61,167 bases of DNA. It comes from Acidobacteriota bacterium. Its GTDB lineage: Bacteria > Acidobacteriota > UBA4820 > DSQY01. How positions within the stretch are numbered: position 1 is the stretch's first letter; every line of letters starts with the position of its first letter. The DNA is taken from positions 1-61,167 of the forward strand of contig JAKAKG010000120.1 of assembly GCA_021813555.1 (NCBI GenBank). The letters run 5' to 3'. Below are positions 36,628 through 45,100 of this stretch, in pieces. The notes beneath the pieces were generated by a model. The model worked only from the letters and a program-made list of their open reading frames with translations, did not search any database and was not told the DNA's origin. The translations under genes and the position numbers were made by a program.

Positions 36628-37946
36628 GGTTCCTCCTCGCCCACCGGGGTCCTGGGCGGCGTCACGAGCACCTTGTCCACGCGGCGGCCGTCCATGTCCA
36701 TCACTTCCACGCGGAAGCCGTTCCAGTGAAAGTGATCCGCGGCTTTGGGGATGCGGCCCAGTTGCATCATCACGAAGCCGCCCACGGTGTTGAAGTACCC
36801 CTTCTCCTCGCCGGGCATGCGGGGAATGCCAAAGGTATCCTTGAACTCGTCTACGGGCATCATGCCATCCACGAGCCATGTGCCGTCTTCCCTCCGGACC
36901 ACGACGGGTTCCTGCGTCTCGGCCGTTTCCTGCAACTCGCCCACGATGGAGGAGAGGAGGTCGTTGAGGGTCACGACGCCCTTGAGGCCGCCGTACTCGT
37001 CTACCACCAAGGCCATGTGGAGGGGCGTGCGCTTGAACATCTCCAGGACCTTCAAGGCGGGTGTCCCCTCGGGCACGAAGGGAGGCGGGTGGAGGGCTCC
37101 GCGAAGGTCCATGGGCTTCCCCGCCAAGCTGGGAGCCAGGAGCTCCTTGGACTGGACCACCCCCACGATGTCGTCCAGGCTCCCGCGGCAGACGGGGAAC
37201 CGGTTGTGATAGTGCCCCGTGATCTTGCGGCGCACCTCCTCCGGCGGGTCGCTTACGTCGAGCCATACGACCTCGGCCCGAGGCGTCATGAGGGAGGATA
37301 CCTGGCGGTTGCCCAGGCGGATGACGCGGTGGAACATGTCTCGCTCGGCGGTCTCAAAGGCACCGGCGGCCGTGCCCTGCTCGATGAGGATCTTCAGTTC
37401 CTCCTCCGTCACGGGCGGCTCCTCCGAGGGTTTGATCCTCAGGACACGAAGGGTCAGGTCCGAGCTGGCGTCCAGGATCCATGCTGCGGGAGCGGCCAAG
37501 GCGCTCAGGGTCCTCATGGGGCTGGCGACCCAGGAGGCGATCCGCTCGGGGTGGTTGAGGCCGATGCGCTTGGGCACCAGCTCCCCGAAGACGAGGGTGA
37601 GAAAGGTGATGGCAAGCACCACGGCGCCGAGGGCCAGGGCATGGGCGTACGGGGCGAAGGAGGGAATGCCCGCCAGGACTCCCGCCAGGGATTCGGCCAC
37701 GGTGGCGCCGCCGAAGGCTCCCGTCAGGATACCCACGAGGGTGATGCCGATTTGTACGGTGGAAAGAAACCGCCGGGGCTCGCTCACCAGTCCGAGGGCC
37801 GCCTTGGCCTTCGAGTCGCCCTCGTTGGCCCACTGCTGGAGCCGGGCCTTGCGGGCCGACACCAGGGCGATTTCGCTGATCACGAAGGCGCCGTTGAACA
37901 GGATGAGGAGGGCGATGAACGCAAGCTCCAAATGCCACCAGGCCAT
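36624..37946 (-). CDS. CNNM/CorB-type hemolysin-family protein (TM, CBS pair, CorC_HlyC)
   Basis: SEIALVSAR, QIGIT, FGELVPK, VVDEYGG, NTVGGF. Confidence 0.93.
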   Translation of the reverse strand: MAWWHLELAFIALLILFNGAFVISEIALVSARKARLQQWANEGDSKAKAALGLVSEPRRFLSTVQIGITLVGILTGAFGGATVAESLAGVLAGIPSFAPYAHALALGAVVLAITFLTLVFGELVPKRIGLNHPERIASWVASPMRTLSALAAPAAWILDASSDLTLRVLRIKPSEEPPVTEEELKILIEQGTAAGAFETAERDMFHRVIRLGNRQVSSLMTPRAEVVWLDVSDPPEEVRRKITGHYHNRFPVCRGSLDDIVGVVQSKELLAPSLAGKPMDLRGALHPPPFVPEGTPALKVLEMFKRTPLHMALVVDEYGGLKGVVTLNDLLSSIVGELQETAETQEPVVVRREDGTWLVDGMMPVDEFKDTFGIPRMPGEEKGYFNTVGGFVMMQLGRIPKAADHFHWNGFRVEVMDMDGRRVDKVLVTPPRTPVGEEEP

Positions 37947-38100
37947 GTCATCCTCCGGTTCGGCGCGGCAAGAGCGCGTTGGGCTCCGCCCATTTTAGCA
38001 GGAGCAGGAGAAACTCGCGCGCCCGAGGCGCCGTAAGGTTCAAAAGGGCCTATACTGACCGGCTTCGGGCCGGTGGCAGAAGAGGCCTCAGGAGGCGGCG

Positions 38101-39219
38101 GTGCCATCCGTATGGAGGTTCGTGGTGTTCCTTAGCATCGTTCTAACGGTTTGGACGGGGATGCACGCCTACGTCTTGTGGCGCGCCTGGCCGCTGGTGA
38201 CGGCCGTGGCCGTGCGGCGTGTTTTTTTGGGCGCAGCCGTCCTTCTCTGGCTCAGTTTTCCCCTGGGCCGTTTCGCGGCCCACGCGGGCTTGGGCCGGGC
38301 GGGCCGCGCCCTGGAGACCGCGGGTTCGCTTTGGATCGGGGTCCTCTTCATTTCCCTGGTGTGCCTCCTGGCCGCGGACCTGGTCACGGGCTTCGGCTGG
38401 CTGTTCCCCCGCCTGGTGCCGGCGGCGCGAACGGCGGCCTTCGCCGCCGCGGGCCTCCTCTCGTGCCTAGCCCTCGTTCAGGGCCTTCGCGCGCCGGTGG
38501 TGAAGGCGTACGAGGTGAAGCTGGCGGGCCTGCCGCCGGACCTCAACGGGACGGTCGTGGTCAAGCTTTCGGATATGCACTTGGGAGGGATACTTGGCCG
38601 CCGCTGGCTTCAGGATCGGGTGGCCCAGGTGGAAGCCCTTCATCCCGACGTCCTGGTTATCACCGGGGATCTCATCGACGGCGACGCGGGCGCCGTGGAA
38701 CCCCTCCTCCCCGAGTTGAGCCGCTTCCGTGCGCGCCTGGGCGTATGGGCCGTCACGGGCAACCACGAGTTCTACGCGGGACTGGAGCGGTGCGTGGCCC
38801 TGATGAAATCGGCGGGATTCAAGGTCCTTCGCGACCGAAGCGAGGTGGTGGCGCCGGGGCTGGTCTTCGCCGGGGTGGACGACCTCTCGGCACGGCGCCA
38901 GTTCAAGATGGACGGTGACCCCGTGGCCAGGGCCCTCCAGGGACGCCCCGAAGGAGCCACCATGTTCCTTTGCCACTCCCCCCTCCAGGTCCAAGAGGCA
39001 TCGAGGTTAGGCGTGGGCCTCATGCTCTCGGGCCACACCCACGACGGCCAGATCTGGCCCTTCGGATACGTTGTCAAACTCTTCTATCCTTACCTGGTGG
39101 GACGATACCTCGTGGGCGGAATGACCTTGATCGTCACCCCCGGTACGGGTACCTGGGGGCCTCCCATGCGCCTCTTCGGCCCCGGCGAGATTCTACGCAT
39201 CACCCTCCGGCCCTTGTGA
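38101..39219 (+). CDS. Membrane-anchored metallophosphoesterase (YkuE/YaeI-like)
   Basis: SDMH, GDLID, GNHE, CH, SGHTHDGQ. Confidence 0.92.
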   Translation: MPSVWRFVVFLSIVLTVWTGMHAYVLWRAWPLVTAVAVRRVFLGAAVLLWLSFPLGRFAAHAGLGRAGRALETAGSLWIGVLFISLVCLLAADLVTGFGWLFPRLVPAARTAAFAAAGLLSCLALVQGLRAPVVKAYEVKLAGLPPDLNGTVVVKLSDMHLGGILGRRWLQDRVAQVEALHPDVLVITGDLIDGDAGAVEPLLPELSRFRARLGVWAVTGNHEFYAGLERCVALMKSAGFKVLRDRSEVVAPGLVFAGVDDLSARRQFKMDGDPVARALQGRPEGATMFLCHSPLQVQEASRLGVGLMLSGHTHDGQIWPFGYVVKLFYPYLVGRYLVGGMTLIVTPGTGTWGPPMRLFGPGEILRITLRPL

Positions 39220-39317
39220 CCCCAAGGTGACACTTTATGGTACTTTCGCGGTGCCGCTGGGCGGCGCAAGGCCTTGCCCAAATCGGCCTATCCCTTTAAA
39301 ACCGAAGAGTTGTGCCG

Positions 39318-39333
39318 TGGCACCAAGGTTGCA
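39318..39333 (+). promoter_or_regulatory. Sigma54 (-24/-12) promoter of the pilin gene
   Basis: TGGCAC-CAAGG-TTGCA, exact consensus spacing. Confidence 0.75.
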
Positions 39334-39360
39334 TCGCTTTCCTTCCTTGGAGGGAGAACG

Positions 39361-39864
39361 GTGAGCAAAATGAAGGAAGAGAAGGGGTTCACCCTCATTG
39401 AGCTCCTCATCGTCGTCGCCATCATCGGCATCATCGCGGCCATCGCCATTCCCAACATGATCTCGGCCATCCAAAAGGCGAAGCAAAAGCGCGCCATGGG
39501 AGAGATCCGGGGCATGGGCACGGCGTGCAACTCCTACGCGACAGACACCAGTCATTTTCCTCTCGCCACCACCACCTACGCCGCCACGGACACGATTCCG
39601 GACATGGTTGAGCTGGCGCCCTACTACTTGAAGTCGGTGCCCAACCCCGATCCATGGAATGCCAAATATCAGTATGCGTCCACCTCGACGGGCACGGACT
39701 TCGCCGTGGCCTCGCTGGGCATGCTAAGCACGGCAGACACTCCTGATTTTACCTCGGTGCTCACGGTGAGCCCCCGGCCCACGAGCTGCTTCGAGAACGA
39801 CATCGTCTGGGTGAACGGCGCCTTCACGTACTATCCCGACGGAAAACAGAGCCGCTGCCAGTAG
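39361..39864 (+). CDS. Type IV pilin / GspG-like prepilin
   Basis: KG|FTLIELLIVVAIIGIIAAIAIP class III signal; C-terminal Cys residues. Confidence 0.9.
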   Translation: MSKMKEEKGFTLIELLIVVAIIGIIAAIAIPNMISAIQKAKQKRAMGEIRGMGTACNSYATDTSHFPLATTTYAATDTIPDMVELAPYYLKSVPNPDPWNAKYQYASTSTGTDFAVASLGMLSTADTPDFTSVLTVSPRPTSCFENDIVWVNGAFTYYPDGKQSRCQ

Positions 39865-39883
39865 GCCGGCTGAACGGCATCAG

Positions 39884-39922
39884 GTGCTCGGGTGATCGGG
39901 TAATCCAGTGATCTGGTGATCG
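39884..39922. repeat. GGTGATCG-like octamer array
   Basis: ggtgctcgggtgatcgggtaatccagtgatctggtgatcgc. Confidence 0.6.
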
Positions 39923-40150
39923 CGAAGAGGACAAGGGGCGCGTGGTTACTGTGCTGCCGTTTCCCGCCTCCGGCCGTTCAATTTCCACTTCCCAGGTCTC
40001 CGCACTTTCTTTCTTGACAATCCGGTGCCCCCTCCGCTATGGTTAAAATGCCAATACGCGCCACGTCGCGCGAAGTACGCGGAGGGGGAGGAGACGGTGG
40101 GGGGTGCCGTCCGAGCAAGACGAGAAGCCTCAGGCTCCTTGGGCATCGCC

Positions 40151-40588
40151 ATGGACGGGGTCCAGGTGTGCTCTTGGCCCTCAATCTTTGCGCCCCTGCG
40201 CACCGATGTCCTGAGCCAGGCTCCCTGGCCTTGTACAGTTACCCAGGCTTCGAGCCTTCTGAACTGGCTCTCCCGGGTTTTTCCACAGCGTCCCCTTCTT
40301 GCCATCACGCACCGTCCCCTTTCGGAGGATGATGGCGTGCCCGTGAGGGGGATCTCGGCCCTCGGCTCCGGGGTGGCCCTTGCCTCCTCGTGGCGCTTGG
40401 GAGACGAAGCGTTCCTTGGCGTGGCGCGCCATGAGGTGGCGCATGCCTTGGGGCTGGGGCATTGTGGCCGATGGGACTGCGCCCTGAGCGAGCGTCCCCA
40501 TCCCATGTCATTGGCGGACCGGCCCAATGAGTTATGTCCGGGCTGCATGGACCTTTGGGACGGGTTGTGCCGGGGGCTGGCGCCATGA
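40151..40588 (+). CDS. Archaemetzincin-like (M54) zinc metalloprotease; start uncertain (40025 or 40151)
   Basis: HEVAHALGLGHC, C-A-L-S, C-terminal CPGC. Confidence 0.75.
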   Translation: MDGVQVCSWPSIFAPLRTDVLSQAPWPCTVTQASSLLNWLSRVFPQRPLLAITHRPLSEDDGVPVRGISALGSGVALASSWRLGDEAFLGVARHEVAHALGLGHCGRWDCALSERPHPMSLADRPNELCPGCMDLWDGLCRGLAP

Positions 40589-42120
40589 GCGTTCGCACCG
40601 CAGCCCTGGCCGTCGTGCTCTCCTTTGCTTCCCTGTGCGTGGCGGCGGCGCCTGGGCCCCGCCCCGAACTGGACAGCGGTGCCTGCCTCTCCTGCCATGT
40701 CTCCCAGCTTGCCACGTTGCCGGCCCAACCGTGCATTTCCTGCCATTCGGGCAACATGGACTTCCTCCAGCGCCACGACGACCGTGGCGCGGACGCCTCC
40801 CTCTGGGTCATGGGAGCCGCGGGAGGAGGGTCCCTCGCTCTTCTCGGTCTCATTGGACTGGCGCGATTCAGAAGGTTGGCGCCGGCCTTGGCCGCGGCGG
40901 CCCTCTCGGCCCTCGCCGCCCCCGCCTTAAACGAGCATTCATCCATGCCGGCCCTCCCTGGATGGGTAACTTTGGCCGAAGGCTTCGCCTGCGACCTAGC
41001 CCCGGCCTTCTCTCCGGACGGGCAGGGCCTCCTTTTCGCCAGGCGCGGTCCCGATACCAATGGTGACGGGATGGTGGACCTGCGCGACGGCCAGGCGCTG
41101 TTCCTGCTCCGGCGCGATTGGGCCGCCCCGAAGCGGCTCACGCCCTACGTTCTTTACGCCGAGCCTGCCCTCGCCGTATGGTCCGCTGCGGGGGACCTGC
41201 TCGCCGTGCCTCTCCCGGCCAGGGGGTCCGAAGGCCCATCCATAGCCCTCTTCAGTTCAGAGGGCCGGCGGCTCTCGGCCCTTCCGTGCGAGGAACCGGC
41301 CATGGGCCTCTCCTTCTCACCTGACGGGCAAGCGCTGGCTTTCGCGGAAGGGAAGGGCATCGGCGCGTGGACCCTGGCTGACGGCGCCCGCACTTGGGCC
41401 TTGACACCCCTTGAGGGCGGCTCCTTCCCCCGTCTTGCCGGGTGGAACCCCTTCGGCGGCAGTCCTCTCTTTACGCGAGGATATGACTACTCCCGAATGG
41501 GCCGCACGCGGGACGGCCGGTATCACCTTCCGGACGAAGTTCTCCTGGAGACGGCTCAAAAGGGCACGAGCCGGCCTTTGACTTCGCCGCGTTCCGCGGC
41601 CCTGCGCCGCTACAAGGCGCAGCCGGTGGCGGGGGCCCTGTTCTACCTGGCCCAGAGCCGCGGCGGCCTCCCCGGCCTCTACCGGTTTGACGGCATGGAG
41701 GAGGCTCTCTGGTCGCGTGAGGATCAGGCGGTTCAAGGATTCTTGGCTGATGGTTCCGAGGCCTGCTGGGCGTGGGTCTCTTCCGGGGAAGGCGGCGCCC
41801 GGCTCCTTCGCTTCGAGGGTCCAGGACGCTTCCATGAAGCGGGCCCGGTCTTCCAGGCCAGCCTCCTGACTATGGCGGAGGACGGCGCCGGAGGCCTCTG
41901 GTGCTCGGGGGCCCCCATGGGGGGAGGCCTTCGGCGGCTCTTGTACGTGGATGAGCGGGGCCGGGTCTCGGTCCCCTTTGAGAACTGCGGCCAGGTGTTC
42001 GGCCTTGCCGCGCGGGCCGGGTCCGTGGCCTTTGTCACCGTTTCCAGGGACACGGACGGCGATGGCGGAATCACGCCCATGGACAGGGGGGAGCTTCGGG
42101 TACGGTGGGCCGCGCCATGA
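40585..42120 (+). CDS. Secreted/membrane protein: two CxxCH motifs, TM segment(s), TolB-like beta-propeller
   Basis: Signal peptide; CLSCH and CISCH; FSPDGQ repeats; DTNGDG and DTDGDG motifs. Confidence 0.7.
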   Translation: MSVRTAALAVVLSFASLCVAAAPGPRPELDSGACLSCHVSQLATLPAQPCISCHSGNMDFLQRHDDRGADASLWVMGAAGGGSLALLGLIGLARFRRLAPALAAAALSALAAPALNEHSSMPALPGWVTLAEGFACDLAPAFSPDGQGLLFARRGPDTNGDGMVDLRDGQALFLLRRDWAAPKRLTPYVLYAEPALAVWSAAGDLLAVPLPARGSEGPSIALFSSEGRRLSALPCEEPAMGLSFSPDGQALAFAEGKGIGAWTLADGARTWALTPLEGGSFPRLAGWNPFGGSPLFTRGYDYSRMGRTRDGRYHLPDEVLLETAQKGTSRPLTSPRSAALRRYKAQPVAGALFYLAQSRGGLPGLYRFDGMEEALWSREDQAVQGFLADGSEACWAWVSSGEGGARLLRFEGPGRFHEAGPVFQASLLTMAEDGAGGLWCSGAPMGGGLRRLLYVDERGRVSVPFENCGQVFGLAARAGSVAFVTVSRDTDGDGGITPMDRGELRVRWAAP

Positions 42121-45100
42121 GCAACCAGCCTCCGAAGGGAAAGCCCCCGGGAAATCGGGTTGCGGCCCCGCCTCGGCCCGCCTCCCACGCTGCCGTGCTC
42201 CGCCAGGGCCAAGCACCTCTCCGGCCAGGACAGGCGGGCCCCGCCGCCGCCAAGAAGGGGCCGGGGTGTCTCGGCTCTCTCTTCCTGGAGCTCACGGGCA
42301 TCGGCTTCCTGCTCCAGATCAAGCGCAAGCTGGGAGGCCTGGGCTTCTTTCTCGCCCTCGCGGGTGTGCTCTTCTTCTGTTTCATCCTCGGGGCGAGGAT
42401 CGAACGCTACGGTCACCTGGGCGAGCATCAGTACATCCTCCAGCTCCTGCCCATGGCCTCGTGCCTGTCGCCCATCCTGGCCTGGTTGATGTCCCTGGCC
42501 TTCGCCGTGGGAGACGTGCTGACCAACGCCACCTACTGGCTCTTCCCGCAGGATTCCAACCTCAACATGTATCATCTCTTCACCAAGGCCCACCCCCTGC
42601 TCACCTGGGGCGCCTACGCCCGGATGGATTTCTTTACCCTGCCGCTGTATGCGCTGTTGCCTGGTCTGGGGTCGAGGATCCTGTACGCCGTGGCTTCGCG
42701 AGCCTTCCACGCGGGGCGGGCCAAACTCATGAAGGACGGTGGCACGGGGGACACGGAAGCCCTCAAACGGCAGTTGAATCAAGCGCTGTCTGACCAAACG
42801 TCCTGTGCCCAGCGGGAGCGGGCCGTCTCGGACCAGTTCAATGGAGCCGATGCGGCCGCCGAGCGGGCCGGTGACCGGATACGGTCGGCGGAGGCTGGAG
42901 AACGTGAGGCGTCCTCGGCGGTGCAAGAGCAAAATGCTCAGACCCAGGAGCAAAACCTGCTGGCCGCCCGGGCTCGCGAGGAGGCGGGCCAGGCCCAGGC
43001 CCGTGCGTCAGCCGCCGGCCAGGAGGCATCGCGGTTCGAAGGGGAGCGAGACCGCGCCGGCGAGGCCCTTCGCCAGGGCAGCCTCCAGGAGGAGAACCTG
43101 AAGGGCCGCCTGGGCGATCTGGGCCGGAAGCGTGAAGAGGCGGATAACCTGGTGAAAGAGTGCCAGGGCAACCTGGAGGCCCTCGCCCGCGACCGGAAGG
43201 CCATGCAGGCGGCCATGGACACGGGCGTGGATCAAGACGGCAGACCCATGACTCCCGAGCGGATGGCCGCCGCCAAGAGAGCGTTGGATCAAAACCTCAT
43301 GGCCGAAGGGCGAGAGAGGGCCCGCTTGGACTCGGCGAGGGACCACCAGCGCGAACTCGCGGCTGAATCGGATCAAGCAAGGCGGGACCTGGAAAATCAG
43401 CAGAAGGCCAACGCCGAAGAGCTGGCGCGATTTCGGCAGGACGAGGCCCGGGCCGCCCAGGCGCGCCGGCGCCAGGAGCAAGCTCAGGAAGAACTCCGCG
43501 CCAAGGAAGCCGCAGAGGATGAGGCGAGGCGAGCGGCGGCCGAGTCCCAGCGCCGGGCACAGGAGGACATGGCGAGGCTGGAGGCCCTTCGCCAGGAGAA
43601 GGCCGCGGCCCTCCGCGATTTTCAATCTGCGGCCGCGCGGCGCAATGCCCTGGCGGATCAGCTCAAGGAAGCGCGAAGCGGCCTTGCGGCGGCCAACGGC
43701 AAAGTGTCTCAGATTCAATCAGCCCTTGGCCTGAGCGCCACGCCTCCCGTGGCGCCGGCGGATCCTTCCGCGGGGCATCACCGGCACCATCCCGATCCGA
43801 ACCAGGAGGTCATCCGCCAGTACGATCAGGCCATGGGCGCGGCCCAGGCCGAGCAGCGCCGCATGCGGGACATGATGGTGCGGCAGTGGCAGGCGGAGAA
43901 CCGCGGCCTCCTCCCTTCGGGCCTCGTGGGCGGCGAGGTGGCGGGAGTGGGCAGTCTCACCAGCCAAGGCTTCGGCCCCCTCGCCGCGGCCGCCGTTGGC
44001 GCCGCCGCGGGTTCGGCCCTGGGCGGGATGGCCCTCCACGGCCACATGTGGGCCGAGTACAACCCCATCCGCCAAATCGTCCACCCCTCGCACTCGGCTG
44101 ACGTGGGCTGCTACAGGATGGACGTGGGCTACCTGGACGGCAACATTCTGTCGGGCGTGGGTTCGGGCACGTCCGTCGCCCCCATAGCCGTGGTGGGGGC
44201 CGAGATGGGCGGCGTGCCTTCCGCGCCGCCGCCGGCGGGTCCCGGTACGGGCCTGCTTCCCCCGGGGCCCGAATCGCCCGGCGGCTGGGCCGCCCCGTCT
44301 CCCGGCGGCGGTATCCCAAGCGAAACGTCCGACGAGCAGGCAGCGCGGGACGCCGCCCGGAAAGCCCGCGACGAGGCGGACCGGTACAAGAAGCAGTGGG
44401 AGGAGTCGGAGGCCTCCGCCGACAAAAACGATCCCGGGTACAAAGACCTCAAGAAGCAGTACGACGACTACATTACGTCCAAAGAGGACGAAGCCGCCGC
44501 GGCCCAGGCTCGGGCCGACGCCAGCCAAAGCCAGCGGCAGGCCGATGAGGCCGCGGCCCAGGCCGCCAAGGACGCCAAAGATGAATGGATTCGCAACCGC
44601 CAGGACGACCTGAAGGCGGCGGCGGAGGAGAAGGCTCACCTCGAAGCGGTCATGGCGGGCGCGGCGGGCGCGGGGCTCAGCACCGCCGACCAGCAAACAA
44701 GGCTCAACCAGCTCAACCAGCGGTTGAGCGATCTCCACGGCCAGCTTCAGAAGGAGGGCGGCGATATCGACTACTCCGCCCGAGACCGAGGTGTCATCGG
44801 CCCCGGCAAGGAATTCCTGGAAGCCCCCGAGAAGGCGCGCCAGGAGGCGGCCAAGCTGGACTACCTCCAAAAGATGCAGAAGGCCGCCTGGGACCACGAC
44901 ATGGTCGATCCCGAGTCGGGCGGCAAGAAGGGCGACATGTACGGGCGGGTGGGGAACGCCATCAACGACTTCCTCGCCGGCAAGAAGCTCGACCCGGACA
45001 TGATCAAGCAGATGCGGGACAGCATCGGGCACCGCATCGACGGCACGACGGCGGACACCTCCCAGCTTCCGGGGCCCGAGAAGCCGTGGTGGCAGGACGG

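Noticed and set aside
35276-37946. Two 'hemolysin' genes as a virulence locus
   Set aside because: The Hemolysin III/PAQR and CNNM/CorB families are widespread membrane or Mg-homeostasis proteins; the names are historical.
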